Below, piece after piece: positions 10,333 to 18,341 of a stretch of DNA of 64,000 nucleotides. A model generated the notes under the pieces. The model was not told the DNA's origin, did not search any database, and saw nothing but the letters and a program-made list of their open reading frames with translations. Origin of the DNA: a virus. Both the position numbers and the translations under genes were made by a program. The first letter of the stretch is position 1, and every line of letters begins with the position of its first letter. The stretch spans positions 1 through 64,000 of IMG/VR virus record IMGVR_UViG_3300025645_004731, one strand, 5' to 3'.

Positions 10333-10992
10333 CTACGGTTTTCCCGAATTAGATTGAAAAATCCCGTATTTAATAAACTTCTCTGCGACCCAACCACCAC
10401 TATCGAATCGATGTAATCGTAGGCGTCTAAAGTTGTTATGATGATTGAGGTGATAACCTTCGCCCGCAATCAGTAAATTGAGCCACGGCTGATTACTTGG
10501 TACTGGATAATGACATACCGTGTTTAATAATCCAAATCCTACTTTTGCGTGTATGAATGGTATAAGAGCAAATGCTACAAACAGTTTTGGACTTATTAAT
10601 ATTGTAATAAGCCATACCGCAATCCATATCTTACGCCAATGTTTATGACAAAATACAAGTCTAGGATTGGCATACAGGTCCTTAGCAAACTTTGGCGAAA
10701 TCTTAGGAATGCTCCAGGTTGTAGTAAGTACCTTGAAAATCCCAGAATGGACTGGAGAATGTGGATCATGTTCCGTGTCGGAGTAAGCATGATGAATTCT
10801 GTGTGAAGATATCCAGCCAATCGGAGTACGAATTACTGCGATCATTAGCATTCCGAGACCAATTACTTCAAACCAAACTGGTGCAGAGAACTGCTTATGA
10901 CAGAAGTAACGATGTAACAGTATTGATGCTCCAAAATGAGAAATTACAGTGCTCCATAGTAATCCTAATATTATAACTAGTGTCCAACTCAT
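10333..10992 (-). CDS. Membrane fatty-acid (acyl-CoA/delta-9-like) desaturase
   Basis: His boxes HRYFCH, HRIHH, GEGYHLNHH; hydrophobic segments; start at ATG 10992 overlapping the upstream stop. Confidence 0.9.
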   Translation of the reverse strand: MSWTLVIILGLLWSTVISHFGASILLHRYFCHKQFSAPVWFEVIGLGMLMIAVIRTPIGWISSHRIHHAYSDTEHDPHSPVHSGIFKVLTTTWSIPKISPKFAKDLYANPRLVFCHKHWRKIWIAVWLITILISPKLFVAFALIPFIHAKVGFGLLNTVCHYPVPSNQPWLNLLIAGEGYHLNHHNNFRRLRLHRFDSGGWVAEKFIKYGIFQSNSGKP

Positions 10993-11708
10993 TTTATTTC
11001 CTTTAGTATATCTATTGATTCTTCCCATGTTTGAGAACAACTCTCAAAATTAATATTCGCAATCACACGATGCTGAGTCCCTGTGTTGATAGCTTCATGC
11101 CATTGTTTGACATTCCATAGTACGGGCCTATCAGTTAGCGCATAACGACATGCTGCGTCATCGTCGGATAATAAGAATCTCTCGTTGTTCTTTTTATAAG
11201 TTTGCCAGTAATATTCACTATAGTATACTCCTTGTGTAGGATCTGTGGGAACATACCCATCAACATCTTCGAATTCCGGCCATGATGTGATTGTATTCTC
11301 GTCGCATCCGGCGATAGGAAAAATAAGCGATGCGACAGATGATGTATAGTGATGTCTGTGGCAGAAGAATAAGTGTTCAACCTTTTTAAATCTTGGATCT
11401 GTAGGATCAGACTGGAAAAATTTAATTGCGCTCGAAAATCCGAAATTGCTTAATGTATCACTTAATTCCTTGTATTTTGGAATATCTGACAGATAAACTA
11501 CTTGCATAAGTGGCTTATCTGGATCAAACAATCTATAATGTTTTTTAATATTGTCTTTGAAGAATTTAGTCTCTGGCTTTTGCGTGAATATATTTGGCAA
11601 ATGAGAAAACACTTCTAGGCATTGTTTATGAATCCATTGAAGACGTGGCGTCACCTCTGGCTCATAAACAAATGGACTTGATAATTTTGGGTTTGTTATT
11701 ACTGGCAT
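10989..11708 (-). CDS. Putative cupin/2OG-like oxygenase
   Basis: CHRH...SLIFP...WHEAIN...RVIAN. Confidence 0.5.
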   Translation of the reverse strand: MPVITNPKLSSPFVYEPEVTPRLQWIHKQCLEVFSHLPNIFTQKPETKFFKDNIKKHYRLFDPDKPLMQVVYLSDIPKYKELSDTLSNFGFSSAIKFFQSDPTDPRFKKVEHLFFCHRHHYTSSVASLIFPIAGCDENTITSWPEFEDVDGYVPTDPTQGVYYSEYYWQTYKKNNERFLLSDDDAACRYALTDRPVLWNVKQWHEAINTGTQHRVIANINFESCSQTWEESIDILKEIK

Positions 11709-11716
11709 GATACTAT

Positions 11717-12571
11717 TTATATCGCCATATTTGCTTTAATACTGGGCATTGGATCATAGCCGTCAAGTATATAGTCAGTTGGCTTAGTAGAGATTAATTC
11801 TTTCAGTGTATTAAACGCTGGCATCTGTAATGTTGGACCAGTCATTGCTTTTCGCTCTAACTGTTGGTTAACTTGTTCCATATGATTACTATAGATGTGG
11901 CAATCGCCGCCAGTCCATATAAACTCACCTACTTCTAGGTCGCATAGTTGAGCAAACATATGTGTTAGTAGACTATAACTAGCAATGTTAAATGGTACGC
12001 CCAAAAACATATCGGCGCTGCGTTGATATAATTGGCAGCTTAGTCGACCATTAATAACCCGAAACTGTGCCATAGTGTGACACGGAGGCAATGACATGAC
12101 GGGAATATCAGGAACATTCCAGGCACTTAGGATAATACGTCTACTATCAGGATCGTTTTTGATTTGGTCTAGAATAATATCAATCTGATCAACACCGCCG
12201 AAATCGCGCCATTGTTTACCATACACTGGTCCTAAATCTTTATTGGTATCGCTATTAAAGTGACCAAGCGCCACTCCTTGAGCATCCGCGTTAGCAGTCC
12301 AGATAGTTTTCTTGCCGATTAAATTATCCTTGGTATCATCATAATGAATCTCTGCTAGGCGTCTTTCATTCATGCTGCCCTCTAAGAACCACAACAACTC
12401 ACTCACTACACTGCGCCACGCTAGTCGCTTAGTTGTGACTGCCGGAAAGCCGTCTCTAAGGTCAAAACGCATTTGGTGACCGAACACAGTCCGAGTACCG
12501 GTCCCTGTGCGATCACTTACGTCTTCGCCTGTATTCAAAATGTGTTGGAGTGATTCTAAGTATTGCTTCAT
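11717..12571 (-). CDS. thyA: Thymidylate synthase
   Basis: DRTGTGT, ELLWFL, LPPCH, YQRSADMFLGVPFN; uninterrupted. Confidence 0.97.
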   Translation of the reverse strand: MKQYLESLQHILNTGEDVSDRTGTGTRTVFGHQMRFDLRDGFPAVTTKRLAWRSVVSELLWFLEGSMNERRLAEIHYDDTKDNLIGKKTIWTANADAQGVALGHFNSDTNKDLGPVYGKQWRDFGGVDQIDIILDQIKNDPDSRRIILSAWNVPDIPVMSLPPCHTMAQFRVINGRLSCQLYQRSADMFLGVPFNIASYSLLTHMFAQLCDLEVGEFIWTGGDCHIYSNHMEQVNQQLERKAMTGPTLQMPAFNTLKELISTKPTDYILDGYDPMPSIKANMAI

Positions 12572-12957
12572 AGTTTGCCTTCTGCTCTTAATTGTGCTCT
12601 GATTTTTGTAGCACTTATATCATGTATTGTAGCACCCATATCATGTTCTGTCAAGCTATATCCTACACCGCGGCCATAGCTGATGTCCACTATATTAGGA
12701 ACCTTGGCTACTTCATATTCTTTGTGTAAGGTATATCCATGCTCGACTAAACCCGCTACAATGTTCTTCTTTACATCATAGTAATCATATGGGTTATCAG
12801 CCTGACCTGGTCCAGCATCTTGACCCTGGACATCACGGCACATGATAATAACCTGCCCTGTTAGTTCTAATGATTTTACGAATAGAGCAGTGTGACCATC
12901 ATGCCACGGCTGCCATCTTCCCAACATTTGTACTGTGGGTGCTTTAAAATCAAACAT
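12568..12957 (-). CDS. Small HxGH nucleotidyltransferase (cytidylyltransferase-like)
   Basis: GRWQPWHDGH, ISATKIR. Confidence 0.8.
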   Translation of the reverse strand: MFDFKAPTVQMLGRWQPWHDGHTALFVKSLELTGQVIIMCRDVQGQDAGPGQADNPYDYYDVKKNIVAGLVEHGYTLHKEYEVAKVPNIVDISYGRGVGYSLTEHDMGATIHDISATKIRAQLRAEGKL

Positions 12958-13405
12958 TTATACATGAGCCATTTGAGGTAATACCTGATTTAACAGCAGC
13001 ATATCGTTGCACTACCTGATGTAAAACCTCATGCGTATCCGTAAACCATTCACTGACATGATAATCATAATGATCTGGCGTAATGTACATTTTGTTGGTA
13101 TCTGCGTAGCGACTTTCCGAAATAGTATCCATCAATACTGTAAAATCAGCATTGAATAGTTCTCGTGTTTCGTGAGTAGGACACACAAAATCACATACAG
13201 CAATCTTATCAGCCATCACTACACCATCGGCTAACATACTCATGCGCATTGATTGTCGTGCTCTGCCGAATATACTAAAATCCCAATCGTCGTATCGTGT
13301 GCGAACATCATCAGCATTAATCCAAACACCGCCTAGTAATTTAGCCAATGGTCTAGCAAGAGTGCTTTTGCCACTGCCCGGCAATCCCATAATCAATATC
13401 TTCAT
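12950..13405 (-). CDS. Adenylylsulfate kinase-like P-loop kinase
   Basis: GLPGSGKST, NADDVR, DFS..GR..Q, FVCP. Confidence 0.75.
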   Translation of the reverse strand: MKILIMGLPGSGKSTLARPLAKLLGGVWINADDVRTRYDDWDFSIFGRARQSMRMSMLADGVVMADKIAVCDFVCPTHETRELFNADFTVLMDTISESRYADTNKMYITPDHYDYHVSEWFTDTHEVLHQVVQRYAAVKSGITSNGSCINV

Positions 13406-13884
13406 CGTTTGCTCCATACATCTACATACACATCCCCGCGTATGCCGCTATCGGTTAAGGTAAATTTTTCTTCTATCAATGTACGTGGTAAGAAAGTATC
13501 ACAGTCGTATGAGCCGCGTATTTGACTTAGATGAATTTCGTCAATGATTGAAAGCAATCCTTCAACTAGTTTTGCTCCACCAATAATCCAAACATCTTGT
13601 AGTTTGTTCATGTTAGTAAGGTCAGTCTTGGCATTATCAAATTTAATATAATGATATCCGCCCTTATCTTTATCTTGTGCACTACTAGTGATAACGATGT
13701 TATTACGATTAGGTAGTGGCTTACGTGGTAAACTATCCCACGTAGATTTTCCCATTGCTACTACGCCACCAGTAGTACATTCTTTGAACCATTTCAGATC
13801 CGCTGGGTTGTGAGGCCAAGGAAGGGTACCGGCTTTACCGATACCCCAATCTGCGTCACACGCTAGTATTGCCTTTATCATCAT
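13402..13884 (-). CDS. folA: Dihydrofolate reductase
   Basis: GIG...LPW...DLKWFK, MGKSTWDSL, PLPNR, IIGG. Confidence 0.95.
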   Translation of the reverse strand: MMIKAILACDADWGIGKAGTLPWPHNPADLKWFKECTTGGVVAMGKSTWDSLPRKPLPNRNNIVITSSAQDKDKGGYHYIKFDNAKTDLTNMNKLQDVWIIGGAKLVEGLLSIIDEIHLSQIRGSYDCDTFLPRTLIEEKFTLTDSGIRGDVYVDVWSKR

Positions 13885-14191
13885 CTACGTCCTTGTTTAG
13901 AATTTTGCTGGTCATTGTTCTAACTTGTTTTTCAAGTTCTTTATAATCAATGACAACTTGTAGATCGGTTACCGGTGAACCATAGTCTTCGGAAAGTTCA
14001 TGAACTGCGCTCATAAGAAACGAAAAAATATTATCTTCTTCAATCTCGGCAAGATCAGCACCTTCGAACACAATGGAATCACCGTTCTCTAGGATCAAAC
14101 TCATACTATGGATGAATTCTGCTGGAATATTATCTATGTCCACCTGGTCAACAATTTTTTGAAAGCTGCGATCCCTTTTATGTATTGGCAT
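13856..14191 (-). CDS. Hypothetical protein
   Basis: Acidic ORF overlapping both neighbours in the operon. Confidence 0.7.
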   Translation of the reverse strand: MPIHKRDRSFQKIVDQVDIDNIPAEFIHSMSLILENGDSIVFEGADLAEIEEDNIFSFLMSAVHELSEDYGSPVTDLQVVIDYKELEKQVRTMTSKILNKDVDDDKGNTSV

Positions 14192-14876
14192 TTGATGCTG
14201 ACTTTTTTGTCGATGCTGCCTTTTTTGCTGGCTTTTTTGCTGGAGCTTTTTTTGCCGCTGCTACCTTCTTCTTCAGGGCCGGCGCAATTGCGTAGGCTTC
14301 ATCTTGTAGACGTTTTGCTTCGGCAAGAAACGTGTCAGCCTGGGCAATCAAATTCTGAGCAATCGCGGTATCATCAAGCACTGCTTCGGCAGTATCAATC
14401 GCCTGGTCAATAGTTTGTGTACTATCAAACGATGTCTGTGTACGAGGTGCACTATCAGTATCATCTACCATTGTGTTTTTGATTTCAGATTCATTCATGC
14501 CAGATTCTTGCTTGCGAATGATCTCGTTTACTTCACTCAACTTAATCATTGACTGACCATTTGGTGTCAGGACAATTTGGTTAGTTGGGTATTTACGAAG
14601 CCGTCCACGCTGGTGTAGAGCTACCAACATATTGGTACCGTCACCGAATTTATTACGATGTGCTACTTCATAAAACTGGGCAGCATCTTGACCTTGTACA
14701 CTTTCGACAACACGAATAACCTCATCGTGTTCTGCGTCCGGTAGTCGTTCTGTTTCAACGACCAGACAGTGATCAGGATCAACCACTTTACCTTTGTCGT
14801 CATAGAGTTGCCTAAACACTACTACGCATTTAACGTCCGTGTTTTCAACTCTGCCTATATGTTTAATATTTCGCAT
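14178..14876 (-). CDS. Hypothetical phage protein with basic AKK-rich tail
   Basis: 232 aa, GGAG RBS. Confidence 0.75.
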   Translation of the reverse strand: MRNIKHIGRVENTDVKCVVVFRQLYDDKGKVVDPDHCLVVETERLPDAEHDEVIRVVESVQGQDAAQFYEVAHRNKFGDGTNMLVALHQRGRLRKYPTNQIVLTPNGQSMIKLSEVNEIIRKQESGMNESEIKNTMVDDTDSAPRTQTSFDSTQTIDQAIDTAEAVLDDTAIAQNLIAQADTFLAEAKRLQDEAYAIAPALKKKVAAAKKAPAKKPAKKAASTKKSASNANT

Positions 14877-14888
14877 TATGAATACTCC

Positions 14889-15125
14889 TTATTCTGTTGC
14901 GGTGTCGGCATCGTCCGATTCTGCTGCTTGTTCTGCTTGTGCTGCCTGTTGAGCAGCGATAACTCCAATGAACGCAGCAAGTTTATTGTATACTGCGCCA
15001 ACTTGTTCAGCTTCGTTGCCTTTAAAGGCGCCACGCTGTACAGCAAGATCAATGATTTGTGCTGCGTTTTGCAGATCTGTTACTTCGAGATTTACTTCTG
15101 GTGTTGGTTGTGTTTCTTCGCTCAT
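14889..15125 (-). CDS. Hypothetical phage protein
   Basis: AGGAG RBS; late-type motif upstream. Confidence 0.75.
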   Translation of the reverse strand: MSEETQPTPEVNLEVTDLQNAAQIIDLAVQRGAFKGNEAEQVGAVYNKLAAFIGVIAAQQAAQAEQAAESDDADTATE

Positions 15126-15161
15126 AATTTTCTCCTATGTTAAATTAGTTATATGCGTACT

Positions 15162-15172
15162 TATTTATTTAT
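15162..15172 (-). promoter_or_regulatory. Late-type promoter (ATAAATA, tandem)
   Basis: GATAAATAAATA upstream of the long minus-strand run 15125-4300. Confidence 0.45.
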
Positions 15173-15518
15173 CGTGGGTATATGTCAGCTTCTGGGCGAT
15201 TAGTTCATTTCTGAAATATTCATAATCCATTCGATCCTCGAACCAGATTCTTATTATTTGACTGTCATTTACATCTTCCACATAATGAAACTTGGTAGTA
15301 TTCATTAATTCTAATATCTTGATACTATCGGATAGGCATGTATGCCACCTGTCCGCGGCTGTTACGGCCTGTCGAGGCTGATTGTCTGACAAAGAAGTGG
15401 CACTTATTGTAATTCTGTTCCTCATCATTTCGATCAATAGGTCAGTTCCCGCTAGCATTGCGATATCATTATCACTTAGTGATAAGCCAATGTCTGGTAT
15501 AATGTATATATCACTCAT
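15165..15518 (-). CDS. Hypothetical protein
   Basis: ORF abutting the VWA gene. Confidence 0.65.
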   Translation of the reverse strand: MSDIYIIPDIGLSLSDNDIAMLAGTDLLIEMMRNRITISATSLSDNQPRQAVTAADRWHTCLSDSIKILELMNTTKFHYVEDVNDSQIIRIWFEDRMDYEYFRNELIAQKLTYTHDK

Positions 15519-16733
15519 TTATGCTGCTTCCGCGATTGTTGATTTACTATCGAAGTATACGGATTGACCCCACGGAGCAACAGGCTTGCGATAATCATTC
15601 TTGATAAGAAACAGTGTATCGCAATATTCTTCGATTCCCCATTTACCCCAAGGCTCACCGTCTGTGAACATAATGAATTGATCAGGCTCAATTTCGTTCT
15701 CTACCATGTAGTTCCAGTTACACATAAAGTCAGTGCCACCGCCGCCAGTCATAGCAAATTCAGTAATTGAACGACCATCGTCGCTTGTAAATTCATCATA
15801 GCCAGTAACCCTAGTATCAAAGCACCATACACGAATGCGATAGCAGTCGAATTGATCCATGATACCCTGAACTTCACTTAGAAAGACACGAGAATCTGCT
15901 TCGCCAATTGATCCACTAACATCAAGAGCAATACAGATATCAATCTGGTCATCCTTGATGGGACCTGGCAAACATACATTGGTAAACTGGCTCTTACGAT
16001 TTGGACGCATAAATGATACATCACTTGATATATTGCTTTCAAGCGATACTTGGATCATTTCACGCCAGTCCATTTTAGCTTCGGTAAGATTGCTGATCAT
16101 GCGCTTAACATCACCGGGTACATTACCTGCGCCCGCGGCTTGTGCTGCCTGGATAACTGCGTTTTTCAGTTCATCACTTAGTGCCTTAGCATCTTCCTCG
16201 CTAATAGTCGGTCGACCTTTGCCGTCTTTGTTATCACCTTCGCCGTCACCACTGCCGCCCATTTCGAGGTGAACATCAAGAGTATCTTCTGGTGTTGCGC
16301 CATTTTCAATCAGATCATCATACACGCTTTCTGTGTGCCAATCGTCAGACGCATATTTTTTATCATATAATACTTTTACTTTATCAATAAGACGACCGAT
16401 GTTTTCACGAACCAGCATCCCGTTGATTTTATAATCGCCAGCCATATTCCAGATTTGAGGATCACGGTCTTTACGGCGTAGGAAATGCTCATACACACAG
16501 TGACCGACTTCGTGACCAACCAGGAACACGGTCTCGTCCATGTCAAGTTTCATTACAAAATCTGAGTTATAATAGAAATTACGACCATCTACTGCCGCGG
16601 TGTTACACCAACCTTGGTCAGTAGCATCCACTAGCTTCAAACGACAGGCAATATTGCCAAAGAACGGCTGCTTAAACAGCATTTTTATACGGGCAGAAAC
16701 TAGCTTGTCGTGTGCGTTTTTATACTTTTGCAT
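15519..16733 (-). CDS. Metallopeptidase + VWA domain protein (DUF2201-like), MoxR partner
   Basis: TAAVDG, HEVGH (HExxH), MIDAS DVSGS, GGGGTDF, FTDG. Confidence 0.88.
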   Translation of the reverse strand: MQKYKNAHDKLVSARIKMLFKQPFFGNIACRLKLVDATDQGWCNTAAVDGRNFYYNSDFVMKLDMDETVFLVGHEVGHCVYEHFLRRKDRDPQIWNMAGDYKINGMLVRENIGRLIDKVKVLYDKKYASDDWHTESVYDDLIENGATPEDTLDVHLEMGGSGDGEGDNKDGKGRPTISEEDAKALSDELKNAVIQAAQAAGAGNVPGDVKRMISNLTEAKMDWREMIQVSLESNISSDVSFMRPNRKSQFTNVCLPGPIKDDQIDICIALDVSGSIGEADSRVFLSEVQGIMDQFDCYRIRVWCFDTRVTGYDEFTSDDGRSITEFAMTGGGGTDFMCNWNYMVENEIEPDQFIMFTDGEPWGKWGIEEYCDTLFLIKNDYRKPVAPWGQSVYFDSKSTIAEAA

Positions 16734-16764
16734 CTGATGATCTCCTGATTCATATTATATATCT

Positions 16765-16793
16765 ATCATACACCATTATGTTGGCAATGTCAA
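16765..16793 (-). promoter_or_regulatory. sigma70-type promoter
   Basis: TTGACA-17 nt-TATGAT. Confidence 0.75.
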
Positions 16794-16806
16794 GCATTAT
16801 TATACG

Positions 16807-16832
16807 AATATAGGGCCCGAAAGCCCTATATT
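16807..16832 (-). terminator. Stem-loop after the MoxR gene
   Basis: Perfect 10-bp stem AATATAGGGC/GCCCTATATT; loop reads TTTCGG on the minus strand. Confidence 0.65.
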
Positions 16833-16848
16833 TTAACATATATTATTT

Positions 16849-17961
16849 TTATGCCTCTTCGATTAGAGCACCGTATGTTTTGATAAACTCTTTCCAGTTG
16901 GTCAAATCACTGAACTTGACACGGATTTTGTATTTACCAAGAGCGATAGACGCAGCCATAACAACCATCTCGGTTTCGAAGTTATCCATTGTAAAGCGCA
17001 TAAAGTTATCAAACATGGAGTTAAGGTTCTTATCCTCATTCAGATATGCTTCTTTGAGTTCATAGCACAGCGCGGTAGACAGTGAATACTTAGCACTGAT
17101 ATTGTCTGTTTTCAACTGAGTGACTTTACCGCTAAGGATATCGCTTGGGTTAGGCAATGTGCCAGCAATTTGGCGATGCGCTTTGAATTTTAGCGCTTTG
17201 CCTTCGCCGATACCAGCAGCAACCATGTCGGTCACTTCTTCCTCGTTAAAGCCATCAACATCGCGGATGGTGTCAGAAACAAACACCCATGAACGTGGAG
17301 TAGCAAACGACCGCTCGGCAGAAGATGCGTCGAAATCATATAGATCCTCTTTGAATGTAGTCAGATAGCCAACAACATCAGGATGTACATTGTTATTCAC
17401 AGCCCAGTCAAACCAGGTGTTGAAATCAGAACGCACCTCATAGTGAAGAAAACGGTTAGCAAGTGGCTTAGGCATACGATAGCTAACGCCCTTGTCGCTA
17501 TCACGGTTACCAGCAGCAGCGATTACTACATTATCAGGCAAACGATATGTGCCGATAGCGCGGTTATGGATCAACTGATATGCGGCGGCTTGTGTAGCTG
17601 GCGCGGCACCATTCAACTCGTCAAGGAACAAGATGATGATATCATAATCTGCTGCCTCTTTCGCATCTGGAAATTCTTCAGGAGGACTAAAGCGCATTTT
17701 ATTCGCATCGGCATCGTAGTACGGAAAGCCTTTGATGTCGGTAGTATCCCATAGTGACAAACGACAGTCAATCAATTTTGCTGTTTTGCCATCGACGATA
17801 TATGAATTTTTAATACCTTCCATGGTATCACTTTTGCCGATGCCAGGAGGACCCCATACGAAGAAAGGACGCTTTGTACGAAAGTGATGCTTAGCGTACT
17901 TGGTCAATTCATTGAGGGTAATGGAACGAGCTTCTGATGGCGAATCGCTTTTGCGTGTCAT
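16849..17961 (-). CDS. MoxR-type AAA+ ATPase
   Basis: GPPGIGKS, LFLDELN, AAGNR, LANRF, TPRSW. Confidence 0.9.
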   Translation of the reverse strand: MTRKSDSPSEARSITLNELTKYAKHHFRTKRPFFVWGPPGIGKSDTMEGIKNSYIVDGKTAKLIDCRLSLWDTTDIKGFPYYDADANKMRFSPPEEFPDAKEAADYDIIILFLDELNGAAPATQAAAYQLIHNRAIGTYRLPDNVVIAAAGNRDSDKGVSYRMPKPLANRFLHYEVRSDFNTWFDWAVNNNVHPDVVGYLTTFKEDLYDFDASSAERSFATPRSWVFVSDTIRDVDGFNEEEVTDMVAAGIGEGKALKFKAHRQIAGTLPNPSDILSGKVTQLKTDNISAKYSLSTALCYELKEAYLNEDKNLNSMFDNFMRFTMDNFETEMVVMAASIALGKYKIRVKFSDLTNWKEFIKTYGALIEEA

Positions 17962-17996
17962 AGTGTATTCTCCTGGTATATTTTGATTACTCTGCT

Positions 17997-18025
17997 ATGA
18001 TAGCAGGAAGATATTTCATTGTCAA
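17997..18025 (-). promoter_or_regulatory. sigma70-type promoter
   Basis: TTGACA-17 nt-TATCAT. Confidence 0.7.
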
Positions 18026-18040
18026 GCTTTATTTTAACTT

Positions 18041-18223
18041 TTATGCGCCGTCGTCCATTTCACAGATGTCATCATAATAAGATGACTCCTCGTATAATGA
18101 ATCAAACAGACTTTCCGGAATTACTCCTAATCCGACAACCCGACGAGTTTCGCAGTAATGTGTGTAGTCGTCACAATCCTGAACTTCGGGAAGATATGCG
18201 TGTGATTTGATAACTGTTGCCAT
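18041..18223 (-). CDS. Small hypothetical early protein
   Basis: ATG 18223 downstream of its own promoter. Confidence 0.55.
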   Translation of the reverse strand: MATVIKSHAYLPEVQDCDDYTHYCETRRVVGLGVIPESLFDSLYEESSYYDDICEMDDGA

Positions 18224-18255
18224 AGTGATTCTCTTTTCTCTGTTACTATACATAT

Positions 18256-18284
18256 AATATACAATAAGATATCACGATTGTCAA
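18256..18284 (-). promoter_or_regulatory. sigma70-type promoter
   Basis: TTGACA-17 nt-TATATT. Confidence 0.7.
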
Positions 18285-18341
18285 GAAAAAAGCGCAACAA
18301 TAAATGCTGCGCTTTCAATAGTTTATAAAATAATTCAGTTA

